NCBI GenBank assembly: GCA_014382805.1
Contig: JACNIZ010000216.1
Span: 1-56,138 of the forward strand
DNA: 56,138 nucleotides
From: Planctomycetota bacterium
GTDB lineage: Bacteria > Planctomycetota > UBA1135
Direction of reading: 5' to 3'
How positions within the stretch are numbered: position 1 is the stretch's first letter; the number at the start of each line of letters is the position of its first letter. Shown here piece by piece: positions 44,683 through 55,003 of the stretch. Both the position numbers and the translations under genes were made by a program. The notes beneath the pieces were generated by a model. That model had not been told where the DNA came from, did not search any database, and saw nothing but the letters and a program-made list of their open reading frames with translations.

Positions 44683-46437
44683 ATGATCGCCACCCTTTTG
44701 ATCGCATTCGGCTCGCAGGTGATGCCCGGAATGGGTTCCACATCCATATATATGCAAGAACCTGCAATTTCTGAATTGCGAATTGGAGATGCTCAAAGTC
44801 AAGCTGAGGCAGTTGCGGAATTGAAGGAATTTGCATCTAGTTATCAGAACTTAGAACAATGGCAAGACCGACGGCAACGGATTCGCAAGGGGATTTTGGC
44901 TGGAGCTGGACTGACAATCCTGCCGCCGCGCACTCCGCTGCAGCCGGTGTATTTCAATAAACGCAGTTATGACGGCTACGGAGTCGAGAACGTCGCGATT
45001 CAAAGCAGTCCGGGGTTTTACGTGACCGGAACTCTTTATCGACCGACGAATCCAGTGGGACCCATCGCCGGAATCCTTTCGCCGCACGGCCATGATGGGC
45101 GTTTCAAGGCTGAACGCCAGGCGCGGTGTGCAACTTTCGCGCGCATGGGGGCAGCGGTTTTTCATTACGATATGGTCGGCTATGGCGATTGGAAGGAGGC
45201 TGGCTGGAGCCATCATCAAACTCCTGAGGTGTTGCGGTTGCAGACCTGGAATAGCATGCGTGTCTTGGACTATTTACTGACCTTGCCCGGGGTGGACGCC
45301 GATCGAATCGGCATGACGGGTTGTTCGGGCGGCGGCACGCAGACGTTTTTGCTGACTGCAATTGATGATCGCATTGCGGTTTCTGTTCCGGTTTGCCAGA
45401 TTTCGGCGCACTTTTTCGGTGGTTGCGTATGTGAAAGTTCGATGCCCATCCATTGGAGTGAAAACCACAAAACCAGCAATGTCGAAATTGCTGCATTGGC
45501 CGCTCCGCGGCCCATGTTGATGGTTTCCAATGGTCACGATTGGACTTTGAATACTCCCAAGGTCGAGTTCCCGTATGTGAAAAATGTTTATCGCTTGTAC
45601 GGGGCGGATGGCTTAGTCGAAAATACTCACCTGCCCGAGGAAGTGCATGATTATGGTCCATCGAAGCGTCAGGCTGCATACAAGTTTATGGCCAAGCACC
45701 TTAGTTTGAACATTGAGCCATTGCTGCAGCCAAATGGGAGCGTAGATGAATCCTTTTTCGTCGAAGAATCCTATGCCGACTTGTTGGTTTTCGGCCCTGA
45801 AAATCCGCGGCCCAAAAATGCGGTGGCCCCGAATTCCGCATTGCCGGCCGCGGATTGGCAGCTAAGTTACTGGCAGGAATTTCAATCCGACTCAGTTATG
45901 AAGCAATTTCGCTACTCGGATCAAAGCACTTGGAATTGGTCCCAGGAGAATGGCGGTTCCATTGGCTTTAGCACTGGTTCCAAGTACCAACCACCGCATC
46001 GTTCGCCGACCACCTTCGCCTTAATCCGTGATTTAGAGGCCGATGCGTTCATCTTAGAAGCTGACGTTTTGCAAACCGGCCGCGAATATGGCCACCGCGA
46101 TTTATGTTTCTTTTTTGCGATGGAGTCGGCGTCGAAATTTGGTTATGTGCATCTGGCGAGTAAGCCTGATAAAAACGCACATAACATATTTTTAGTCGAT
46201 GAAGCGCCGCGGACGTCGTTAGCGCCGATTCCTGCGCAAGGCATCAATTGGGAAGGCGGCTGGCATACAGTGCGTTTGCAACGCCTCAAGCCTGGCGGCG
46301 ACATCGAAGTCTTTTTTGACGGCAACACCATTTTGAAGGCCGATGGATCAGGCTTCGGCAAGGGCCAACTAGGCTTTGGTTCGTTCGATGATTCGGGCCG
46401 AATGAGGTCAATTAGAGTTTGGACGCGTAGTCGTTGA
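44683..46437 (+). CDS. Alpha/beta-hydrolase esterase (acetyl xylan esterase-like) fused to a C-terminal DUF1080 (LamG-like) domain
   Basis: Nucleophile elbow GMTGCSGGG. The C-terminus ...[16 protein letters not shown]......[18 protein letters not shown] is typical of DUF1080. The signal-like start [10 protein letters not shown] at 44683 is preferred to 44650. Confidence 0.7.
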   Translation: MIATLLIAFGSQVMPGMGSTSIYMQEPAISELRIGDAQSQAEAVAELKEFASSYQNLEQWQDRRQRIRKGILAGAGLTILPPRTPLQPVYFNKRSYDGYGVENVAIQSSPGFYVTGTLYRPTNPVGPIAGILSPHGHDGRFKAERQARCATFARMGAAVFHYDMVGYGDWKEAGWSHHQTPEVLRLQTWNSMRVLDYLLTLPGVDADRIGMTGCSGGGTQTFLLTAIDDRIAVSVPVCQISAHFFGGCVCESSMPIHWSENHKTSNVEIAALAAPRPMLMVSNGHDWTLNTPKVEFPYVKNVYRLYGADGLVENTHLPEEVHDYGPSKRQAAYKFMAKHLSLNIEPLLQPNGSVDESFFVEESYADLLVFGPENPRPKNAVAPNSALPAADWQLSYWQEFQSDSVMKQFRYSDQSTWNWSQENGGSIGFSTGSKYQPPHRSPTTFALIRDLEADAFILEADVLQTGREYGHRDLCFFFAMESASKFGYVHLASKPDKNAHNIFLVDEAPRTSLAPIPAQGINWEGGWHTVRLQRLKPGGDIEVFFDGNTILKADGSGFGKGQLGFGSFDDSGRMRSIRVWTRSR

Positions 46438-48226
46438 GCAATCTTTCAATTTCCTCTTTCGGCGGGTGGCGTGCGAATACCAGCACCCGATATCGAAAGC
46501 GCACGCTTGCGCCGGCGCCAATTAGTAAGTCTCCACTGCCCTTGTTGGCACCCGTGAAGTCATGCAATCCAAACGGATTGGCAGCCAGCAAGCCATACTT
46601 TCGCGCGTGCCAATGGGTGGGGTGGCGCGGGTTATCGCGCTGGCCGGCCATGACGACCGCCGCAGGCTTACCACCTGCTTTGCCTTTAGCCAGAATCCAG
46701 CGCGCCGGCTTGCCCCAAACTTGACCTCCGGAATTGCCTCGGTCGTTGACTAATTCGGCGCCGTTGTCGACCACTAAATCCTTGGCTACTCGCAAAGCGA
46801 ACATGCCTTCTTTGGTATCGCCAAATAACAGTCCATCTGGCCCGGCGGTCAGGGTGATGTCGAAATCTAAACCGCGCACGTCGCCCTCTACGAAAGCCCG
46901 GATTCGACGCCGATCTGTTGCCACGATTTTTGATTCGCCAAAGCGCCATTCATTGTCGCTCTCGACCCAACCACTGATTTTGTCGGAATGTCGGCGCACC
47001 GACTTCTGCACCACGATTGCTTTGGAATCATGCCAAAAATCGATCCCATTCATTTCACCGTGAGCAAACCACACACTTTGATGGTGGGGATGATCCTGCT
47101 TCTCACCGACAACCAGCGTGCGTGGCCAAGTGCGGGTGACCTCCTGACCGGCGGCGTTGCGTAACGGCCACAAATCAGGCAAACGCCGATCCATGTGCAG
47201 GGTGGTAAAGGGCTTACCGCCAATGAATACGTCGGTCTCGCCCTTCTCTCTGCTGCGCATTTCGACGTAATCCGTGCCGCGGTGGTACGGCAGCGCTTTT
47301 GCATCCTTCAGCTTTAATTTGCGATTGATGGATTGGATTTCCTCGTCCACTGGGATTTCGGCGCCCGGTACAAAACCCGGAATGGTGATGACCTGAACCA
47401 CAGCGCCGCCCAATCCCCGGTGCACCACGCCGCGTGGCAAGTAAATCAAATCGTTTTTATGCAGTGGGATTTCACGCATCAAGTCGGCGGCCTTTTCCAC
47501 GGTCAAGCCTTTTGGGTCCAACATGATTTCTAGTTTTTCACTGACCAACAAACGCGCTCCTGGCGGCGCCTCTTGCACCAAATAAAATTCGTCGAAGCCC
47601 CCTTTTATGGGATGGTAATGAGTAAATGAATCGTGAATACGTACCCGATGGGCATTGATTTGATGGCAAAGATAGGGTCCGTTTTTTCCCAGCCAAGTCA
47701 AACAAATTCGGCGGTAGGCATCGCCTTCGGTCGCACATCCTCCAGGCGTATCAGTAATATTCTCATCCCAATCGGGGCGGATAAGCGATGGCAGTCCAGC
47801 GGCAATGGGCTTGGGTAATCGGAAGATCAGCAAATCGGCAGGAGGATCAAAACTGCATGTCTGTCCGACCTTCAAACACAAAATGTCGCCGACCGAAAAT
47901 TCGGAAGTACCCGCCGGCAACTGCACTTTGCCGGTGCCACTTTGAACAAAAACTATCGCTGGATCCGTGCATTCAAACTTCTCGGCGGCCGGCATCCACT
48001 GCATTTGGTGGCCGGCGTTACCTCGCTCGAATGATGCCTTTAATTCAGCAAAACCGGTCGCTGAATCGCCCAATTTCGCCAACATCGCCTGCGCTGACGA
48101 GGGTTGAGAATGAGTTTTCTGCTGTAGAGGCTCTGAAGCCTGCAGTCCACCAGCAAAGGCAACCGTCGCCAGCAAAATCGTAAGGATCGGGCTCTTCCCA
48201 AGCCGCCATTTATTGCAACCAGCCAT
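46412..48226 (-). CDS. Secreted bicupin fused to a PmoA-like DUF6807 domain
   Basis: Cupin motif [17 protein letters not shown]...GVVH. The C-terminal half has [21 protein letters not shown] and [22 protein letters not shown]. The ATG at 48226 is preferred to the GTG at 48256. Confidence 0.65.
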   Translation of the reverse strand: MAGCNKWRLGKSPILTILLATVAFAGGLQASEPLQQKTHSQPSSAQAMLAKLGDSATGFAELKASFERGNAGHQMQWMPAAEKFECTDPAIVFVQSGTGKVQLPAGTSEFSVGDILCLKVGQTCSFDPPADLLIFRLPKPIAAGLPSLIRPDWDENITDTPGGCATEGDAYRRICLTWLGKNGPYLCHQINAHRVRIHDSFTHYHPIKGGFDEFYLVQEAPPGARLLVSEKLEIMLDPKGLTVEKAADLMREIPLHKNDLIYLPRGVVHRGLGGAVVQVITIPGFVPGAEIPVDEEIQSINRKLKLKDAKALPYHRGTDYVEMRSREKGETDVFIGGKPFTTLHMDRRLPDLWPLRNAAGQEVTRTWPRTLVVGEKQDHPHHQSVWFAHGEMNGIDFWHDSKAIVVQKSVRRHSDKISGWVESDNEWRFGESKIVATDRRRIRAFVEGDVRGLDFDITLTAGPDGLLFGDTKEGMFALRVAKDLVVDNGAELVNDRGNSGGQVWGKPARWILAKGKAGGKPAAVVMAGQRDNPRHPTHWHARKYGLLAANPFGLHDFTGANKGSGDLLIGAGASVRFRYRVLVFARHPPKEEIERLLNDYASKL

Positions 48227-48243
48227 GGTCCTAGGATAACGCC

Positions 48244-50613
48244 ATGTCCGCTTCACCCTCGACCGCCTGGCGCAACCCGGCGCCGGTAGTTTCGATTGCC
48301 ACTGCCGAACGCGTCGCCGTTGAGGTTTTTGGCCTGGTTGCTACCGCCCAGCCGCTGGCTAGTTACATCGATTGCAACTTCCTGCTGACGGACGAAAATG
48401 GGCAACGGGCGGTGTTGAAAATATGCAACGAAGCCGAGTCGCGCGGGGAGTTGGAGTTGCAACAAGCCATGCTTACTCGCCTAGCCGAGAATTGTGTCGG
48501 AATGGCGCCTCAGCAATGGGGTGATATCGCCGAGGTCCAGGGTGACGACGGCAGGGTGCATTGGGCGCGTATGGCCAGCTACTTGCCTGGGGATCTGCTG
48601 GCCGACCATTATTCGGCAGCCACCTCAGAGACTTGGCAGGAATTGGGCGAGCTACTGGCGCGTGTCGACCAGGCTTTGGCTGGGCTGAGCCACCCGCAGG
48701 AGGATCGTTATATCCGTTGGAACTTGAGCAGTTCACCGCAGCTAGTGAATCTTGGGGCCAAGACATGGAGCTCGGAGCAGCGCAATCTGACGTTGGCGGC
48801 ATCAACGACCTTTAGTGCGTATGTATCTCGCCGCCTCAATGACTTTCCCAGCCAACTGATCCACAATGATGCCAATGAGTTCAACCTTTTGGTGAAATCA
48901 TCCAGTGAACCGCCAAAAATCGTCGGCATTTTTGATTTTGGCGACGTCGTCAAAGGGCCGCGAGTTTTTGATTTGGCGGTTGCCGCGGCTTACGTGGCCA
49001 TCGGTGGTGAAAGAAAAGGCGCGCTGGACTCGCTTGCTCGCGTCGCCGAAATGGTCGCTGGCTATGACCGGCTAATTGCCCTTTCGGAGATTGAATTGGA
49101 GGCGTTATTTCCGGCCATGCTGATGCGACTGGCTTTGAGCCTAGCGATTTCTTCCGCCGATGCTGAGCACGCTGAGGACAACGACTACATCACGGTGAAT
49201 CAAAAACCGGCGTGGTGGGGGCTGCGGGAATTGCAAAAACTTTCACCGGCTGAAGCGCTGCAGATTTTCCGCCAGCGTTTGCGGCGAGAAACAAATTCAG
49301 CCTCTTCCCTGGCGACGAAAATAATCCTCGACAAACGCCTGCGTCACACTGGAAAGTCACTTTCTATTTCTTACACCGAACCGCTCACCATCATGCAAGG
49401 GCGTGGCTCGTGGTTGTTTGATGAAGAAGGTCGCGGTTATTTGGACGGCGTCAATAACGTCTGTCACGTCGGCCATTGTCACCCTAAGGTGGTGGCTGCA
49501 GCACAGCAGCAAATCGGCGAATTGAACACCAATACGCGCTATTTGCACCCGCAGCTAGCCCAATACGCCGAGCGTTTGGCCAAGTTGTTCCCGGAGCCCC
49601 TCAGCGTCTGCTTTTTTGTCAATTCCGGCAGTGAAGCAAATGAGTTGGCGCTGCGCATGGCACGCGCTGCCACGGGTCGTCGCAACGTCATCACTATAGA
49701 GGGTGGCTACCACGGCAATAGCGGTGCGCTAATTGATCTCAGCCATTACAAACACGCCGGTCCAGGTGGCAGCGGGCCACCGTCATGGGTGCGCACAGTG
49801 GCCTGTCCCGACACCTTTCGCGGCTTGTTTCGCAGCCACGCCGACGGGCAGTTAAGCCCATCGTTGGCTGCTGCAAAATATGCCGCATGCGTCGCCGCAG
49901 CGGCAATTGATTTTCAGCCCGCAGCTTTTTTGTTCGAACCATTAATCGGCTGCGGCGGCCAAATCGTGCCTCCTGCCGGGTATTGGACCGCTGCCTGCCA
50001 ACACGCTCGCGATGCCGGTGCCATCATCATTGCCGACGAGGTGCAAGTCGGTTTTGGCCGCGTCGGCAGTCATTGGTGGGCACATCAACTGGATGATCAC
50101 GCCGGAGGGGCAAAACCAGATATCGTCACCCTGGGCAAACCCATTGGCAATGGCCACCCGATGGCGGCGGTGATCACCACACCAGCTATCGCCGACGCCT
50201 TCGCCAATGGCATGGAGTACTTCAATACTTTCGGCGGCAACCCCGTTTCGTGCGCCATCGGCATGGCGGTATTGGACGTGATTGAAGAGCAAGGCTTACT
50301 GCAAAACGCGGCGCAAATTGGTGAACAAATGCAGAAAGGTCTGCGCTTGTTGGCCGAAGAATTTCCGGTCATCGGCGATGTGCGTGGCGCCGGTCTATAT
50401 CTCGGTGCCGAATTCGTCGACCTGAATCGTCAACCCGACGCCGTCCGTTTAACCGCAGTCCTGGATCACTGCAAAACCGCTGGCGTGCTTTTCAGCTCGG
50501 ACGGCCCTGATCACAACGTGCTCAAGATTAAACCGCCCATCGTTTGGAGCAGCGAAGAAGCGGGGCTGGCACTCGCCATCCTGAAGCAGGCGCTTGGTGC
50601 CAGCGAAACCTAA
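48244..50613 (+). CDS. Fusion of an APH/choline-kinase-fold kinase with an AGXT2L-type class-III aminotransferase-fold phospho-lyase
   Basis: N-terminal half: IHNDANEFNLL (HxDxxxxN) and FDFGD. C-terminal half: GSEANELALRMAR, ADEVQVGFGRVGSHWW and DIVTLGKPIGNGHPMAAV, which closely resemble the ETNPPL/PHYKPL motifs. Confidence 0.88.
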   Translation: MSASPSTAWRNPAPVVSIATAERVAVEVFGLVATAQPLASYIDCNFLLTDENGQRAVLKICNEAESRGELELQQAMLTRLAENCVGMAPQQWGDIAEVQGDDGRVHWARMASYLPGDLLADHYSAATSETWQELGELLARVDQALAGLSHPQEDRYIRWNLSSSPQLVNLGAKTWSSEQRNLTLAASTTFSAYVSRRLNDFPSQLIHNDANEFNLLVKSSSEPPKIVGIFDFGDVVKGPRVFDLAVAAAYVAIGGERKGALDSLARVAEMVAGYDRLIALSEIELEALFPAMLMRLALSLAISSADAEHAEDNDYITVNQKPAWWGLRELQKLSPAEALQIFRQRLRRETNSASSLATKIILDKRLRHTGKSLSISYTEPLTIMQGRGSWLFDEEGRGYLDGVNNVCHVGHCHPKVVAAAQQQIGELNTNTRYLHPQLAQYAERLAKLFPEPLSVCFFVNSGSEANELALRMARAATGRRNVITIEGGYHGNSGALIDLSHYKHAGPGGSGPPSWVRTVACPDTFRGLFRSHADGQLSPSLAAAKYAACVAAAAIDFQPAAFLFEPLIGCGGQIVPPAGYWTAACQHARDAGAIIIADEVQVGFGRVGSHWWAHQLDDHAGGAKPDIVTLGKPIGNGHPMAAVITTPAIADAFANGMEYFNTFGGNPVSCAIGMAVLDVIEEQGLLQNAAQIGEQMQKGLRLLAEEFPVIGDVRGAGLYLGAEFVDLNRQPDAVRLTAVLDHCKTAGVLFSSDGPDHNVLKIKPPIVWSSEEAGLALAILKQALGASET

Positions 50614-50678
50614 CCCTGCTAGAATTCGCTGCCTTGATCAGTCTAGTTCCACTTCGATCAGCCTTTGTCCACCCAGCC

Positions 50679-51089
50679 ATGAGTACGCTAGAACCCCGCC
50701 AACCGACCGCGCCGCAAAAGGAAATCGAATGCTTCGACAACCCTCGTCCAGGAGCGATGTATTTGGTCGAGAGCGTGACCAGTGAGTTTACCTGCGTTTG
50801 CCCGCTAACTGGTCAGCCAGACTTCGCCACGATTCGGGTGCGTTACGCGCCAGGGCCGCGTTGTTTTGAGCTAAAATCTTACAAGCTGTACCTGTGGAGC
50901 TTTCGGGATGAAGGCCATTTCCACGAGGATGTCACTAACCGCATCCTCGCCGATTTGGCCGGTGCCACCGATCCTGTCTGGATGGAAGTTCGCGGCGAAT
51001 TCAACCTGCGCGGCGGCATTGGGACGACTGTGACCGCTCGCCACGGCCAGCTGCCTGACGCCTTGCATGATGTATCACCGAGCAGTTGA
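50679..51089 (+). CDS. queF: NADPH-dependent 7-cyano-7-deazaguanine (preQ0) reductase, type I QueF
   Basis: EFTCVCPLTGQPDFATI and the SYKLYLWSFRDEGHFHE (QueF motif). The ATG at 50679 was chosen, because the track ORF starts upstream inside the previous gene. Confidence 0.92.
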   Translation: MSTLEPRQPTAPQKEIECFDNPRPGAMYLVESVTSEFTCVCPLTGQPDFATIRVRYAPGPRCFELKSYKLYLWSFRDEGHFHEDVTNRILADLAGATDPVWMEVRGEFNLRGGIGTTVTARHGQLPDALHDVSPSS

Positions 51090-51890
51090 CCTGCAAAAGG
51101 ATGAAAAGCATAATCCGGCCAAGTAAATTCCCAAGAGGAATACTAGCCAGGGTGCCCATCCTGAAGTAACTGGCCAAACATCCCAAAGAGTGAATGCCCG
51201 TTGAATAACGGTCCAGCCAAACCAGGCCAGAATTGGCCAGGATATTAAAAACAACGCGTCCCCTGGGCCTGGCAAGACCCGACTTGGAAAGTGAAAGACT
51301 GTGCTGATCAAAAATAGCAAGGCGAGGCCCAAAAAATCCACAATGGGTCCGCCATTTGGGTTTAGCCTTTGGGATAAAAAATTGAGGTCCGCGTAGTTTA
51401 GGCTCGTAGCATGAAAGGATGGTGGTGAGCCTGACCCTAGGGTCAAAACTTCATATTGGCCATCTTCTAATGGGAACGCAAGAGTCCAACCTGCCTCATT
51501 GGGAATTTCGAATGGGCGACTTTTTACCGGCATCCCGACGCCTAGAGCCAGAAAAATAGCGAGTATGGTGCTAAAGAGGGCGGTGGGTAGGATAACGGTT
51601 TGTAAACGCCAACCTTGGCTTAGCAGGCTCTCCCAATAATGGTGAATGCGCCAGTTCAAAAAGCTGAAGTTAAGACCTATTGAGATTAACGGAAATCCAG
51701 CACCGAAGATAAGGACCTTAAAACCCTTGTCCCATTCTTGTAGGAATGGGCTCGCATCATTGGCGCCGATTTCAAAGTGTTCTTTGAGTGCCAAAATCAA
51801 GCTTATGGACATCGCCATTACGCCGATGCGCAAATAAATGCTTTGCGTATCTCGCCAAAAGGCTTTGGCGTTGATTTTAGGAATCGGCAT
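51075..51890 (-). CDS. Six-TM membrane protein with LptF/LptG-like 3+3 topology and a short central loop (tentative divergent LptG partner)
   Basis: Three hydrophobic helices, then a ~70-aa hydrophilic segment, then three helices. 14-nt overlap with the upstream LptF/G-like gene. Similarity was judged by topology only. Confidence 0.45.
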   Translation of the reverse strand: MPIPKINAKAFWRDTQSIYLRIGVMAMSISLILALKEHFEIGANDASPFLQEWDKGFKVLIFGAGFPLISIGLNFSFLNWRIHHYWESLLSQGWRLQTVILPTALFSTILAIFLALGVGMPVKSRPFEIPNEAGWTLAFPLEDGQYEVLTLGSGSPPSFHATSLNYADLNFLSQRLNPNGGPIVDFLGLALLFLISTVFHFPSRVLPGPGDALFLISWPILAWFGWTVIQRAFTLWDVWPVTSGWAPWLVFLLGIYLAGLCFSSFCRSTAR

Positions 51891-52962
51891 GGTTCGCCAT
51901 CATGCGGCACAAGAGGGGTGGCAGGAGCAAAGCCGCGAAGAGTTCAACGCTGAGTAAAAGCACCGAGTGGCGAGCGGCAGATCGAGTTGCCAAAACTAAG
52001 CCCATTCCAAGCGTGGTCGTAAGCACGGCACTCAAGAAGATGTAATTGCTAAGCCTTCGGGCGGCTATCCCAACGGGTACAGATAGGATTATTTGTAAGC
52101 TTAGGATTAGCGGTAATAGGCAAATCACCAGGCGATACCAGGGTTCCCAGCGAAGGGTCAACCACTTCTTGCTATCGATTGGGAAATGATCCCGCTCGGC
52201 AATTATTTGGCGCAAGGTGCGATTGGATTCGTGCCAGGTATTGGCATCTCGTAGCCCTAATATAGAGTTGGAAAAATTGAGATTAAAATGCTCAAAACTC
52301 ATGGCTGGGCAATTTTCTGGCAGAAACCCTTGGTGCAGCCACCCATGATCCAATTCCATGCCCATGGTTTGCCCTTTGCCCGCATGGAACCGAGCGTTCT
52401 GGGCTGAAATCGCAGTGTGGCTCTGGCTACCTGAAGGCGAATCCCGAAATATCATACGTAAATTTTGCAATGAACCGGTTTCGCCCACCGAAGCCTGCAG
52501 GTTGACCCTGCCATTCACTGGAATTCGTCCCGAGCTAACTAACTTAACCAATTCGATCGGTTTAAGGTGACTTGCGTCTCGTGCCCAGTAATTGGTTTTT
52601 GCTAAGCCGTGCCATTGCAGGATACCTGAGGCCAGTGCAAATAAGGTGATTGGAAGAACTAGCCACAGACGAACTCTCATGGGGGATCCGCCGGCGCAAG
52701 CAAACGCCTCCTCTTCGCCATGCTTGTTCCAATCAAATAATGCCGCTGAGGTTCCCCATGTTGCAGCCAATGGCAATGTCAAGGGCAGCACGGTGATTAA
52801 GCCGACTAGCAACGCCTTAATGGGATTAACAGCCAGTACTGGCGCCCCTCTAGAAAACAAATAGTTCAATTGAGCCAGCAAGGCTATGCTCCAAAGTAGC
52901 GTATGCATCTGGGCAGCGCGAAGAATGGAGCGCCGCAATAAATGCCGGAGTACAGGATTCAT
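51877..52962 (-). CDS. LptF/LptG (YjgP/YjgQ) family LPS export permease
   Basis: 361 aa. The N-terminal RHLLRR..L........L.....L pattern, 3 TM + a ~130-aa periplasmic domain + 3 TM, are typical of the family. Confidence 0.7.
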   Translation of the reverse strand: MNPVLRHLLRRSILRAAQMHTLLWSIALLAQLNYLFSRGAPVLAVNPIKALLVGLITVLPLTLPLAATWGTSAALFDWNKHGEEEAFACAGGSPMRVRLWLVLPITLFALASGILQWHGLAKTNYWARDASHLKPIELVKLVSSGRIPVNGRVNLQASVGETGSLQNLRMIFRDSPSGSQSHTAISAQNARFHAGKGQTMGMELDHGWLHQGFLPENCPAMSFEHFNLNFSNSILGLRDANTWHESNRTLRQIIAERDHFPIDSKKWLTLRWEPWYRLVICLLPLILSLQIILSVPVGIAARRLSNYIFLSAVLTTTLGMGLVLATRSAARHSVLLLSVELFAALLLPPLLCRMMANHADS

Positions 52963-53397
52963 CGAGTAGGAGCCTTGGCTTGGATAGGTTTCACTTTACC
53001 TCTTCTGCTTGGCCTAGGGAGTGGGCTTTTTCTCCATTCGCCGCCCGATCGGCTGGGCTCGCAATCTCGTAGTATTGCGCCCGATTTTGAATGGCAGGAC
53101 TGTCGCGTTGCATTCCCCAATGGCGTAATTGCCCAGTTTCAAACCATTCAAAGGGGACGCCAGCCGGCTGGCATTAGTGGCGTTTCTATGCCAGGCAAAC
53201 CCAATGCTCGAAATGTCCAAGTTCAGGGATTGCACGGCGCGGGTCGGACACTTCATATTGACAAGATAGAGATGGGCGATCACTGGACTTGGCGTGATGG
53301 ATCCTGGTGGCAAAACGCAAGCGGCGAACGAATTCCAGGCCCGCGAAAAGGCAAGTTGGCGATCGGGCCAGAAGGTCTGACCCTGATCGCCCCATAA
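52942..53397 (+). CDS. Hypothetical single-TM protein (uncertain gene call)
   Basis: 151-aa ORF with one TM and reasonable codon composition, in a 480-bp gap between minus-strand genes. The competing antisense ORF (53014-53436) looks less protein-like. Confidence 0.3.
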   Translation: MPEYRIHRVGALAWIGFTLPLLLGLGSGLFLHSPPDRLGSQSRSIAPDFEWQDCRVAFPNGVIAQFQTIQRGRQPAGISGVSMPGKPNARNVQVQGLHGAGRTLHIDKIEMGDHWTWRDGSWWQNASGERIPGPRKGKLAIGPEGLTLIAP

Positions 53398-53444
53398 GAG
53401 GAATTTATTTCGGCAAGGAGGCCTCGCCGTCGCCAAGCCGGTTG

Positions 53445-54914
53445 CTATTCCCAGATGTTTAGATCCGGATCTTCACTGGTGTCCGCGTATTGCCAGTTGC
53501 CAATTACAGCAGATTCGTTTTGCGGCAAATCGGCCAGACCGTTCATCATTTCCTCAAAGCCCACGTTGAGGGATTGCCACAATTCGACCATGTGTTCACC
53601 GGTCATCGTGGTAAAGACTCCGCCCAAGGTCGGATCACTAAACGATGCTGGGGTAGCAAGGTGGTCAGTGCCAAATCCTGGGGTTGAGCCGAGGTCGTAA
53701 TCAGGGAAGAAAGGGCGTCCTTGATAGGTAGACGACAAGAAGGCCCCTGGATGGATGGTAAAACCAGGTAGTTCCAGTTCGCAGGCTTGGTCCGTGACAG
53801 GTGGAATGTCCACCGAAACAGAACCAATCAGAGCAGCGGGAATTGGATCCATCCAATCGATGATTCCTTCCACTGTGCAAGCATTATCGCTTTCAATGGA
53901 AAGGAAGCCATTTGCCCTTTGATTATTCGTTTCATTCAGCAGTGCATCGGCTCCATTTTCATAATTCTGAATGGCGGTAATGAGGCGATCTCTGGAAATT
54001 TGCAAACGATCGGTATTGGATCGAGTTCCCTTGACCGTATCTAGGAAGTGTTCGGCACCAGTAGCGGTAGTGTTAATGAAATCGGGCCGGGTAACTCCTA
54101 GTTCATGGTTGTAGGCAAGGCTGGTATCAAATACCCAGCCATCTGTAGTCCAAGATTCCCCATCGGAATACAAGCGGTAGGGCGCTGTGTACAAGTTGCC
54201 GTCCACGGTTGTGGTGAAGCCAGTATTGGCGCTGTCCAAACGCATATCAAAGTTAATCGCCAGGAAGGCTAGAGTCACACTTTGATAAATACGCAGGGTG
54301 GCTGCCATCATCATCGCGTCGCCGTAATCGAACTCATAAGCGACGCCATCAATATCGATGGTTTCGCGGTAGGAAGGAGAAATTGCTTCGAGCAGGCCTG
54401 CAGCTTCATCCATGAGCTGTAACGAAAATTCATCGGCAAGCCAGTCTTGAACCTCACCGAGGGTGGGCGAACTTGCAGTGAATCCATCAGGTGTCGTGGG
54501 CGATTCGCCGCTGAGTAGAGCTGACAAGGACCGATTCTCTTCGCCAAAGCCGAAGCCATCAAGTAAAGAGCAAAGGGTAGTAGAGCAAGGTCCTAAGGCG
54601 GGCAATCCGGCTGTTTCCGGCTGGTCTACGAAGGCCGGGATCATCGTGGCGGCGAGAAACAATCGGGCGGTGTCATTGTTAGGGTCTAATTCGAGGGATT
54701 CTTCGAATTTTTCCATGCTTCGCTGTAACCGGTCACTGGTTTGGGATGGATCGCTGTCCAAATCCGAAAGAATTGAATTAATGAGATCAATTCCAGCATC
54801 GGACAGCTCTTCTGAGCGTTCAGCGTCGTTGTTTTTTTTGCTCGAACCGCCGCCACAAGCAGCTAAACCAAGGATTAATCCAACGACTAAGGTGGAGAAG
54901 ATGGGGGATTTCAT
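53445..54914 (-). CDS. Lipoprotein, function unknown (489 aa)
   Basis: Lipobox LGLAAC followed by a GGGSSKKNN linker. Acidic, with a helical N-terminal half. No recognisable family. Confidence 0.65.
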   Translation of the reverse strand: MKSPIFSTLVVGLILGLAACGGGSSKKNNDAERSEELSDAGIDLINSILSDLDSDPSQTSDRLQRSMEKFEESLELDPNNDTARLFLAATMIPAFVDQPETAGLPALGPCSTTLCSLLDGFGFGEENRSLSALLSGESPTTPDGFTASSPTLGEVQDWLADEFSLQLMDEAAGLLEAISPSYRETIDIDGVAYEFDYGDAMMMAATLRIYQSVTLAFLAINFDMRLDSANTGFTTTVDGNLYTAPYRLYSDGESWTTDGWVFDTSLAYNHELGVTRPDFINTTATGAEHFLDTVKGTRSNTDRLQISRDRLITAIQNYENGADALLNETNNQRANGFLSIESDNACTVEGIIDWMDPIPAALIGSVSVDIPPVTDQACELELPGFTIHPGAFLSSTYQGRPFFPDYDLGSTPGFGTDHLATPASFSDPTLGGVFTTMTGEHMVELWQSLNVGFEEMMNGLADLPQNESAVIGNWQYADTSEDPDLNIWE

Positions 54915-55003
54915 GAAGGAAGCAATTAGGGGTTAATTGGAGTTAGCTTAGAATGAGCAACGCCATATTAGCAACGCGAAATTCCACAAACCGGCACGCA
55001 AGG

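Noticed and set aside
50614-50678. Possible preQ1 riboswitch upstream of queF
   Set aside because: I found no preQ1-I/II-like stem plus A-rich tail consensus in the 65-nt spacer. A covariance-model scan (Rfam) would be needed for a definitive answer.
53014-53436. 140-aa minus-strand ORF in the gap upstream of the LptF/G-like gene
   Set aside because: The composition is R/P/S/N-rich, with no TM or signal and no motifs. It competes with a slightly more protein-like + strand ORF, and both remain doubtful.
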